DNA from: Thelocarpon superellum
Taxonomy: Eukaryota
Direction of reading: 5' to 3'
Assembly: GCA_026025795.1 (NCBI GenBank)
Contig: JAPEUG010000122.1
Span: 1-40,986, forward strand
Length of the DNA: 40,986 nt
The position numbers were made by a program, and so were the translations under genes. Numbering within the stretch: position 1 is the stretch's first letter; each line of letters starts with the position of its first letter. A model generated the notes under the pieces. The model saw nothing but the letters and a program-made list of their open reading frames with translations. It was not told the DNA's origin and did no database searches. Shown one piece after another: positions 24,801-34,959 of the stretch.

Positions 24801-25300
24801 GCTACTGGGCGCCGGACCTCGTTACTGGGCTGCTGGGCGACTGGACTGCGACGCGCGCCGCACGCACTGGACCGCGGGGCTGCTTGCTCGGCTGCCATTC
24901 GCCCAACGGCCGGTACTGGGTACGATGACGGGGGGCAGGCAATACTCGGTGAGCCACGGACCGGAGCCTAGGGGGCCCCGCGGAGGGACGACTCCTGCGA
25001 GGTACTCATACCTCTCCCTGCGCAGCGCCCGTCCACACCGACGGTCCGCCGTCCCGAGTGAGTTAAGCCTACTTAAGTCCCCCCCCACTAGCCCTCCACT
25101 CTATCGCTCTATCGCTCACCGCATTAAAGCAGCCTACCTCACCGTCTTGCGGCGAGGACATCACCGCCGTGCACCGGCGTCTGCTCGTTGTCTCGTCCAC
25201 AATTCTTTTATTTCTGCTCCTCCCTTGCCTGCTCGCCCACGGTCCCAGAGCGGTGTCCTTGCGCCTTCATCTTTCTCTCCCGAGCGGTCAACGTCCGGCG

Positions 25301-25341
25301 CGCCCTCCACGCCCTCCACGCCCTCCACGCACTCCACGCCC
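25301..25341. repeat. 9-bp tandem repeat CGCCCTCCA, about 4.5 copies, in the bZIP 5' leader
   Basis: Read directly; one copy has a mismatch. Confidence 0.85.
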
Positions 25342-25371
25342 CATCACGAGTTACCCCACCACGCCCGCGCC

Positions 25372-27260
25372 ATGGCGTCCTACCCCCAATACCTCCGACC
25401 TGCGTCGCTCTCGCTGGATACGAGCACCCACAAAGCGTTTGACGGAGAAGACGCCAGCGTCTTGGATGAGGGTATCTTGGAAAGCTCGATCGACTCGACC
25501 GAGCTCTTTCGCGACTTTGCGGATCCCGACACCGTCTCGTCGGCCTCCTCGCATACGTTCTACAAGAACAACGCCTTCGCACACAACTACCCCGTCAGCT
25601 CGTGGACGTCGGGCTCATGCACACCCACCACCGTGTACGATGGCTTCACAGCCGAGTCGTTCGATGGGGATGCCTCGGCCGCGTACACGTCGGGCACCCC
25701 CACCACCGCCAGCTCGGGGGGCTTCGACATGAATGCGCCGAATGGCGTCAGCACGACCGCCGCGGCCATCGCCTTCCCCGTGCCGGCCTCATCCGGCCTG
25801 CCGTTGTCCTCTCCTACCACCCTCGCCGACGCGGCCGCCATCCCCAAGCGCAACCGGCCCAGCAGCCCACTGCGACCGCAATCTCCCCTGGCACGACGTG
25901 GGGATGGGATCCGCAAGAAGAACGCTCGCTTCGATATTCCCGCCGAGCGCAACCTACACAACATCGACCACTTCATCGCCCAGTCCTCGGACGACCAGGA
26001 GATCAAGGAGCTGAAGCAGCAGAAGCGACTGCTGCGAAACCGACAGGCGGCGTAAGTCATGATAACGTCGCGCGAGGATTGAGAACTGACCCAGCCACAG
26101 GCTCGACTCGCGTCAACGCAAGAAGCAGCATACCGAACGGCTTGAGGAGGAGAAGAAGACGTACACGACAATCATCTCCGATCTCGAAGAGCGCGTGGCC
26201 GAGCTGCAGATCCGTGAGGCCGAGCATCTTCGCGTCGAGGACGAATGGAAGGCGACGCGGCAGCACTACGATCACTTCATCGACGTGCTCCGACTGGAGA
26301 AGGAAGAGATGGTCCGGAGCCACACGCTCGAGACGGGCGATCTCCGCAAGAAGAACGCCTTCCTCACCGAGCATGTGCAGAAGATGGAGAGCACGGCCAT
26401 GTCCGCCGTGCCCAGCTCCTCGGGCTTCTCTGCCGACTACTCCGACCTCGACAGCATCGCCATGGAGGGCAACTCCTGGGACCAGTTTGGCTTCATCCAC
26501 GACTTCTCCATGGAGCCCGAGGCGAGGCCCGAGAATGCCCTCATCTTCCCCGGGCGCAAGGTCGACAAGGCTGCGCACGAGAGCGACAAGCCTGCGGCGT
26601 CCGGCCTCCTGCTCATCGTACGTACCTCTTCTCTGCCCTTCGGCCCGCCGGTACTGATGATTCTAGCTCCTCCTCTGTGGCGCCTTTGTCGCTTCCAAGA
26701 GCTCCGCTACGTCGACGCCAAATCTCCCGCGCATGCCCGACGAGATCATCGCCGCCTCGGCCACCGTGCTCGACACCCTCTTCAAAGATGCCGGGGTCCC
26801 GTCGGCCGACGCACGCTTCCCCACCACGACCATGACGCAGGCCATGGCGCCGGGCCCCTCGGGCGCGTCGTGGCCTCTGGCGAAGGACGAGCTTCAAGCT
26901 GGGGGCATGATTGGCCTCTCGGGATCCTCGCTCGATGTACTCAACCACCGACTGGTACAACCGACCAAGGAGCAAGAGCAAGAGCAGCTCTTCTCTCTCT
27001 CGGCTCAGCAGTACAACGACGTCACCTCGCAGGACTTCCTTCGCGACCCCGAACATCCCGTCCTGTCTGAAGGTCGCCGCAACCTCGGCGCCAGTCTCGC
27101 GGCGATGCGCCAGGATCACAAGGGCTCGGCCGCGGAAGTCTACACTCGCTCGCTCCTGTGGGACAAGGTGCCGGCGGAAGTGGTCCGAGACTTTGCCCAA
27201 TTCGTGGCGGACAGTAACGCCGCGTCCCACCGTGCGGCTGATCTTCCCGAATCGGCTTGA
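25372..27260 (+). CDS. bZIP transcription factor with a predicted TM helix (596 aa); exons 25372-26051, 26101-26617, 26667-27260
   Basis: RRGDGIRKKNARFDIPAERNL; basic region KQQKRLLRNRQAA|LDSRQRKK followed by a zipper; hydrophobic AASGLLLI|LLLCGAFVAS; both introns canonical and phase-consistent. Confidence 0.92.
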
Positions 27261-28605
27261 TGAATTCCTCCTCGACCTTTGCTCCTCTTACGACGACCTC
27301 GACGAACCCGACGAGCCTTGATGAAACTGACACCTCTCTTTTCCTCCTTGCATCTCCTTGCATCTCAGCGTGTCTTCCTCTCCTCACGAACGCGATCTAC
27401 GACCAGATTGTGCCTCGACGGCAACGAGACCTCACGGCAACCAACTGAACGAACCATGATGACGAACCTAACGACCCATGACCTCAAGTAACGGACGATC
27501 TAAATGACTTGCAACGGATTTGAAGTGATGTGATGACTTGTCCAGCGTTGATTTTAGCAAGCGATGTGATTAGCGCTGAGCGATTTCCCTCTTCTCCTGA
27601 TTCCTTTTCCAGACTTTTCCCTCTTCTCTTCTCTTTCTTTTTCTCTACCCTTTCGTTGTACTCGGCACATGTGCCGCCTGTCCATGAAATAGCACGTTCG
27701 GGCCGGCACACTGAGAAGCGAGGGTGGTCTTGAATTGCCGTCCTTACGTGACCATGCGCGGGGATCGGTTTTCACGACGGATCAGCCAGTAACGCACGTT
27801 CCTGGGTTGGCTACGATCGATTACTACCATTGGGAGGATGTGGCATCCGGTTGCTTCTGATCTGTCTATTCGTCGGGGGACTGCCGGGAGATGGGCGACG
27901 TGACGAAGAGGAACGAGCGCGCGAGCGCAGCGGTCGATGCAGGGAGGGACGAGTTTATTTTATTTCCCGGTTCTCTTTCTGTTTGCCTCTTTTTCACTCT
28001 CCTCTTCTCTCCTCTTCTCTCCTCTTCTCTCTTCTTTTTGCATCTTTTTCTTTCCACTTATGACTGCGAGGAAGATGACAAAGACGATGGCGATGGTGAT
28101 CGAGATTGATCAGACGAATAGGGACGGTGATTGTCATGGGACTGATAAGGATGGGGAAAGGAAAGGATAGGGATCGGGGTGGGGGTGGGGATGGGTGCGG
28201 CAGGAACGCCGAGTGGAAATGGTTAGCGCAAGCAGAACGGAATGGACCAAATAGTAACCAATGACTACGATGTTAAACACAATCTCTTACAGTACCTTAG
28301 GCCTGCCCGTGCGCAGTGCTTTCTCTGCCTTGCTGGCTACTCGTATACCCTTGAAATTGTCGGCGTCATCGCGACTTGAATCTGAGTTGGGTGGCTTGCT
28401 ATGACAGTATCCAACCCTTTCCCATCCCGTCCCATCCTATCCTAACCAGTCCTCCACCATCCCAAGCCGCCATATCCCATCCAATACTTATCCTACCCTG
28501 CACACTTAAACTCCTCCATACAGACGAAGCGACCCAACGCCGCCGTGTCTTATGTCCACTCCTCGGCAGGTGCTAGTCAGGTTCCGGGTCATCGGACAAA
28601 CAAGG

Positions 28606-30147
28606 TCATTTCGGATTGTATTTGTCCTTCCAGATCCTGCGTACGTCACGAGCGTTAGCGCCGCCGTCGTGCCATCATACCATCACTTGTCTCCTCACTC
28701 TGAGAGAACGGAAGCGTGGGTCGTAGATGCAATGATGCCCGATCCAGAACTAGACAGGGGTAGACACGAGCTGAAGACGGGTTGAAGGCGGTGTGATGTA
28801 TGCGGGAGAGGAAGAGAGGAATGGACACATCATAGCCTATCAAGTACCCCCAAACAGGGATACATGAAACACGCTTGCTTCCCTCTCTCTCGCTCTCCGC
28901 CACTCACGCAAGAAGGGTGAGCAAAGAGCATACGAAATCTTCTGCACGTACCATGAATTGCCCATAGTCTTGCTTCCCATCTTTTCCGCTTGCCGGTAAT
29001 ACTTGGCCGATGCAAACTGGGCCGATCATCAGTCTCGGGCAACATCTCATCGTCGCTGGACAGGGTAAACCTACCTTGTCCTTGGGAGTTCCGAAGCCTT
29101 CCAGATAACACCACGCAACCTCATTGCAGGCATCCGTGTCGCCCAGATTCGCCGCCGTCTCGTAGTACTGCTTGGCGGCCACAGCATCCTTGGGAACGCC
29201 CCATCCGTTGCGAAAGCAATTCGCGAGCTCGAAGATGGCGAGGACCAGCTCTCCCTTGGCAGCTCCTCCTTTCTTCATCCCCGCGTTGAGAGCTAGCTGT
29301 TCGATCTCGGCCGTGTGTGCCGCTGCTGTGGAGAGAAACTTCACGGCTAGGGTGGGGTTTGCTGCGATGCCCCATCCATGGCTGATGCCGTCAGTGACTT
29401 CCGCTTGCTTGGTTGGGATACAACCTACCGCAACGCCAATCCATACAGGACCTGACTCAACGCATTGTTGGCACCATGTGGATCTGCCAGGCGGCCAAAC
29501 ATGGCCGTCGAACGAGCCAGGTCTCCCTGCTCATGTAGACGGATCGCCTCGTGGATGTTCTCGTCGCCGGCCGGATCCGAGATCGAGATACTTGCGCTCC
29601 GACTCCGTCTCAGGTCTTGACTGCGGCTATCCAAGCTAAGTCTCGCCACGCCGAGGGAGCCCTCGCCGCTGTTGGACGCGCCCGAGAAGCTCTCCGCGTT
29701 GACCTTGGCCAGCAACGTAGCCCGCTGCTCCCATTGCGCCTGGCGATCATCCAGCTCTGCAGCGCCATCAAGATCCACGATATCCGGAAGGTCTTGAGGC
29801 ACGTGGACCGAGTGGACACTCGAGGCGGCTGAGCCTCGTCGTAAGTGAAGTCGATCGGATAGACGCTTCTCGCTCTTGTTGCTGCTCCTCGTACTACCTG
29901 CGGACACGTGGGAGGAGGCGTCGGAAATCGTGCGGAATCGTGAGCGCCGTTTGTGCTCGGTGGGCGATTCGCGCCTGGGCCATTCGTCCTGGGGGAAGCT
30001 CGGCGGAGAGATGAGCTCCTGTGTGGTGGAATCCGTGCGCAAGAAGGTGATATCGCTGGGTCGGATTTGTGGCGGATACGGTGAGACGATCCGATGGCTC
30101 TCTTCCGCTTCCTTCTCCTTCTTCTTTAAGAGATCTCGGAGAGGCAT
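28606..30147 (-). CDS. Sel1-like repeat protein, Dsf2/Nif1-like; exons 30147-29429, 29381-29075, 29016-28952, 28636-28606
   Basis: AIRLHEQGDL, LSQVLYGLALR|HGWG, AIFELANCFRNGWG, YYETAANLGDTDA..EVAWCYLEGFG, AKYYRQAE..GNSW|IWKDKY. Confidence 0.88.
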
Positions 30148-30545
30148 GATGGAGACTGGTGATGCCGTGGTGGAGACGGCGTGGCTCGTCCCGCATCAAT
30201 GAGGCACGAAGTATAACAATGGAGAAGCTCTCTCTTCATGTGCATATGGCATAGGTGAATCTCACTTTATTCTAAGGAAAGCTCGAAACCGTCTTTCCTC
30301 TAGTTGATGAGCCTGACAGGTCGTCTGGCGAAACATGGGAGGCCGTGGAGCCACGTGCAAGGCCCAGTGCCAGTGCAGTTGCAAATGCTTAGACGCCTAG
30401 ACGCCTAGACGCTTACGACGTTTCGAGGCTTAGAGGTGGTTATGGTTGGCTTGGCCTAGGATTTGGGCGGTACCTGAGGCGGAGAGGAGGCGGAGCTCAG
30501 CTGATGTTTCATCGTTGATCCAGTTAGGTGGGCCACCAACGCTGG

Positions 30546-30578
30546 TACTTCGTACCTTGGTACGAAGTAACATACTTC
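30546..30578. promoter_or_regulatory. Second GTACGAAGTA palindrome, in a divergent promoter region
   Basis: tacttcgtacc-tt-ggtacgaagta; 30560-30578 is the exact reverse complement of 21847-21865. Confidence 0.4.
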
Positions 30579-31449
30579 TCACCCTTTCTTGTCTAGACAT
30601 CGGTCAGGTGCCAGCCATTCTCAAGTACTTCCCCGGCACAACCAAAGGCGGGATCATCTAGTCGTAGCTCCATCGAGACAATACATCCCAGGTGAGGTGA
30701 ACCAAGGGTGCAATATCTTCAGTGGAACGCAGAATATCCACGTGACTTTCCCATGACCTAGGGTAGTCGGAGCGTCCCCGCCAGTAAAGTTAACCTGAGC
30801 TGCAGCGATCAACCGCAGCAGTCCTGTGATCTTGATACCACAGAGACCCTATGCGAATCAGATCAACCTTCGACCCTATTCAGCCTGTAGGCTGCATCGT
30901 GATGCATGGCAGGGGTCTTTGCAGATACCCGTCGCCTTCTCAATAGCGATCGGATTATGAATATGGCTTTTGTGAATGCGGGCTCACGAGTGCAGGAGAA
31001 TCAGCGTCCTTGGACAGATGGCGAAACAGCACCATCTCATGCATCCGCACAACCTAATCTACGATCCCCGCTACGATCAGAATCCCGGCTGACCGGCGTG
31101 TCGGAAGAGGAAGTCTCACCTTATCAGGCAGGCCACGCCTTCTGGATCCGTCGTTCGTCGACGGGGCGGCGGATGTTGCACGGACGAGACACGTTGTCAA
31201 TGCATCGCGATAAGCATCCCCTGTTTGAAACGTGCCTGTCAGCCTTATGCTGGTATAAGTCATTATGCAAGCATAGGTTCCCTATATCCGGCAATAAAGC
31301 AATCAGTGTTTCCACCGCTGGGCTATTCAGGATTTCTATATGTCATACAAGATGTCCCGTTTGGCAGGTGTCCCCCATGACCATTCCCTTCCTCAGATTG
31401 TTGCACGGAACTGCGTCGAACTTCTTACCCGCGCCGCTGGCTGAGTCCA

Positions 31450-32745
31450 ATGCGCCTCTCCTTTCTCGTCCTTCTCTGTTCCTCCGTGTTCGCCTCTCAT
31501 GACTTCTCAGCGAACGCGTTAGCCGTTGGCAGGCGAGAGGTGGAGGCAGAACGTGCTCTATGGCCGCGGCAGGGCTTCGAATCGATAGGATTCATCAACA
31601 CCAAGAGCGGTATCAACGGCACCATTCAGCCACCAACAATCAACCAGGCCTCCACCGGCAGTGAATCCAACACCACGGATCCGGCCGACAACAATGATCC
31701 AGGAGCGAGCCAAGCGGACAGAGGCGTCATCTCGGCGCCCCTCGTGGATTTTGTCCTTCTCATGGGAGACGTCGACGAAACAACAGACGATGAGAACACT
31801 CCGGATGATGCTGCCAGGTACCAGCTCTGGTACTCGAACAAGCAGATTCAATCAGCCGACGGCATCACGCTGTACAGCGCACCTATCGACGCCATGAAGC
31901 TCCAACAGAGTCTACAGACGATGCAAGCATTTGCACAAGGCCAGCCGGCAATGACATCGAACCACTTCCAAGTCGACGGGGGCAATCTGACCATGCTGCT
32001 GGCATCTGCCTCCACCAACGCCAGCACAAGCCAGAACTTCACGTGGACCAACGTGGCGCAGCTTGCCGGCGTCTTCCTGCAAGACCTCCAGCAGAACAGC
32101 ACCGCCATCAACTCTACCTACGTTGGCGTCGTCAAGGATGCCCAGACACAACCACTCATCAATATGGCCATTCTCCCGCTCTTCATCGAGAACGACACTC
32201 CCTCCCCTTTTGCCCCTCCCAATCCTAATCCCGCCACCCCCGCGGCCAACACAAACCTAACCGACTCCCCCACCCTCACAGGGCCCAGTCGCACCCTCCA
32301 AGGCGTCCCGGGCAGCCAAGTACGCACGGAGCGAATCCCACGCACAGCACTGCAACTAGCATGGGCGCCGGTCGCGCTGACCGCGACCAAGGAGGCGCTC
32401 AACGCCGTGGCGCGCACGGCGGCCGACACGCTGACGAGCGGGGCCGCGCTACTGGTGGACGGGTACGTGAACAAGGCGTATTTCACGGCGCCGGGGGCGG
32501 GAGTCGCGCTGCATCTCGACGTCGTGGGCGCCGATGCCAACCTCAAGCTCGACATGACGCCCGTCGTCAAGGCCATCCAGCACGTCACGTGGTCCATTGC
32601 TCGCTCGGGCCCCGTGCGCGCCGGACGAGTTCAGGCTTTCCAGGGCATGATCTATCAAGGATCCACGGCCCTCGTAAACTTCTACTTTAGCCAGGGGCAG
32701 CAGGCTCTTGTCAGTAGCGTTCAGTATCATCGTGATGAGCTTTAG
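31450..32745 (+). CDS. Uncharacterised secretory-pathway protein with C-terminal RDEL (431 aa)
   Basis: Hydrophobic signal peptide MRLSFLVLLCSSVFA; several N-x-S/T sequons; Pro/Thr linker; ends HRDEL*; no family recognised. Confidence 0.8.
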   Translation: MRLSFLVLLCSSVFASHDFSANALAVGRREVEAERALWPRQGFESIGFINTKSGINGTIQPPTINQASTGSESNTTDPADNNDPGASQADRGVISAPLVDFVLLMGDVDETTDDENTPDDAARYQLWYSNKQIQSADGITLYSAPIDAMKLQQSLQTMQAFAQGQPAMTSNHFQVDGGNLTMLLASASTNASTSQNFTWTNVAQLAGVFLQDLQQNSTAINSTYVGVVKDAQTQPLINMAILPLFIENDTPSPFAPPNPNPATPAANTNLTDSPTLTGPSRTLQGVPGSQVRTERIPRTALQLAWAPVALTATKEALNAVARTAADTLTSGAALLVDGYVNKAYFTAPGAGVALHLDVVGADANLKLDMTPVVKAIQHVTWSIARSGPVRAGRVQAFQGMIYQGSTALVNFYFSQGQQALVSSVQYHRDEL

Positions 32746-32889
32746 TCAGTTTAGCATAGAATAGCATAGCACGGTGGAGCGTAGCAAGGTTTTGAGTTGA
32801 TTCCGATTCCAGCATTCCCTTTTCGTGGACCATTCTGGCGTATACCGTCGTCAGAGATGTGAATAGAGGTGGGAGTGTTTGTGGAGGTA

Positions 32890-32892
<3 letters not shown>

Positions 32893-32920
<28 letters not shown>
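32893..32920. repeat. (GT)14 microsatellite
   Basis: Read directly from the sequence. Confidence 0.95.
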
Positions 32921-32923
<3 letters not shown>

Positions 32924-32960
32924 AGCGAGTGAGAGAGACAAGAGGGAGAAAAGAAACCGT

Positions 32961-34361
32961 CTAAGTATTCTCCACGGTGGAACTCCCAGTCTCGGTGCCA
33001 GGGAAATAGAACGCCGCGACCGCCACGACCATATAGACAATGACGCACAAGCTGCCCTCGAGATAATTACTCTTCTGGTCGCGTAGGAAGTTACCGACGA
33101 CGACAATGGACAGGATGAGAATGACAATCTCGAACAGCTCAAAGTTGAGATTCATGCCCTTTTGCAGGCCCCATCCCACGATCACCACCAGTGGCGCGTT
33201 CAGCAGCGAGGTCTGGATCGTGGCACCCAGCACGTGCGACAGCGCGAAGTTCATCTGGTCGTCCCACGCCTCGTCGATGGCCGTCAGGTGCTCGGCGGCC
33301 TTTTCGACCAGCGGGACCAGGATCAGGCCCATGAAGGGCTCCGTGATGCCCCGCTCTTGCACGATGAAGTCGATTTGCTCCACCAGCGAAATGGCAACGA
33401 GCGTGACCAGCGTCATGGACACCCCGAGCGCGAGCAGACTCTCCGTCAGCGTGAGCTTGGCCTTGACCTCCTCCTCGCGGCGGTCATCGTCTTTCTTCTC
33501 GTCGCCCTGCAGAAGCGCGTCGTAGATGCCGTGGTGTGATTGCGTTTGGAACCAGATGTAGATCACGTACGCGACAATCAGGAGGATCGAGGATACTCGG
33601 CTGATGTGCAGGATGTTGTCTATCACCTCCTCCTCCGTGAGGAGAGTGGTGCCGGTGACGGCATGAGAATAGGCCGATGGGACGAAGAGACCAAGCCCGC
33701 TATCACGGTCAGCGGAGAATATCCGGGAAGCTTGGGGCGCTTACGCCGTCAGCAACAAGCCACTTCCCACCTCGCTGACCGTTTCGCTGAACTCTTGCTC
33801 CTCCCGCCTTAGACCGCCGGCGAAGAAGCACAAGCCGAGGCACAGAAGCAGCGTGGCCAGGATCGAGCCCAGCACGGCCGACCGGATGACCCCGAATTGA
33901 TCGCGGGTCAGCAAGACGATGAAGAGGATCAGCTCGACGACCGAGCCCAACGTGGTCTCGGTCAGAACGCCAATGACCTTGGGCAGCTTCCGCGCGAGCT
34001 CTTGCCCGGCAAAGCCGATGGTGTTGGCACAGGGCACCATGGCAATGTAGTTGAGGATGAAGATGATGAGATGGAGATCCGATCGCGCGTACCGCACGGC
34101 CAAGGCCGCGGGCACCACAGGCCACAGGACGTTGCAGAGGCACGACGCAGTGCTCGCAGATCTCCACAGGATGGGGAAGAAATGCCGAGGGTCAATGCCA
34201 TTTCTGCCACTCTCGCCCGCTCGGGCAATCCGCCGAGTCAATGGATTGCGGTGATCCGTCGGATAGGCGGGAGAATGGTGGACCCCTTCCTGGGGGCCGC
34301 TGGCGCCACCAGCATTATCCTCTGGGTCTGGCGCCGCCGGCGTCTGTCGGAGGGAGGTCAT
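32961..34361 (-). CDS. CAX/VCX1-family cation/H+ exchanger, divergent; exons 34361-33745, 33699-32961
   Basis: Multiple TM segments; LTETTLGSVVELIL, LGSILATLLLCLG, GLILVPLVEKAAEH, ATIQTSLL, DQKSNYLEG; intron 33700-33744. Confidence 0.92.
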
Positions 34362-34959
34362 GATGAACTATGACCGTGTCCGTTGTCAGAAGGGCGAAAG
34401 AGTCATCTCTGGATTTTGGTCTCTAGGATGCTGGCAACATGAACATAAATGTGGGATCGAGGCTCGAAGAGGGTGCGGACAGAGACCAGGCGAAGGCCAG
34501 GGAGTGACTGCCAAGGGCACAGAACTGGTCAAGGCCCCAACTCCACCTCCGTCCGTCGTGACTCCAGCCTTTTTGGAGATCCCGGCAAGCCAAAGGCCAA
34601 GCATTTACGAAACGAGGTGTCGTCTTGGCGGGCTGGGCCTACCAATCACGGCCGGCGATCAAGGACATTACCAAGAATCGACGAAGCTGATGAGAGCAGC
34701 TGCGGAGCCAGAATATGAGGGACGGAGGTATATCTGGCCATGGTGGAATCTACGTCAGGGGCCTAAGCCACCGGTACAAGGATGGAATGCGACTTCATTG
34801 ATCTTGTGACGTTGGAGGTTGACGTCTTATCGATCAGGCACGTGATACACGCAAACTCCGGGCCCATGTCTCCTGATACCCGTCATCCCAAAGAGGCGTC
34901 GTCTGCCGAAGCCTGCTGCAAGTCCCGTGCGCATCATGTCCGTCCCATCCATTCCTTGC

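Noticed and set aside
23982..24971. Long overlapping ORFs (up to 264 aa) on both strands
   Set aside because: Arg/Pro/Ala-rich shadow ORFs of high-GC DNA with no recognisable domain; the same applies to the antisense ORFs over real genes.
21355..25371. Telomerase RNA in the long intergenic block
   Set aside because: No TAACCCTAA-type template seen on either strand.
14037..28838. Shared 12-mer ACATCATAGCCT at 14037 and 28827
   Set aside because: Many 12-mer matches are expected by chance in 41 kb.
30390..30412. TAGACGCC x3 as a CRISPR-like or mobile-element repeat
   Set aside because: A simple tandem repeat with no spacers, terminal inverted repeats or transposase.
1155..32745. ER-stress gene cluster (YOS9, TM-bZIP, RDEL protein)
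   Set aside because: The genes are far apart and interleaved with unrelated housekeeping genes; no shared element was demonstrated.
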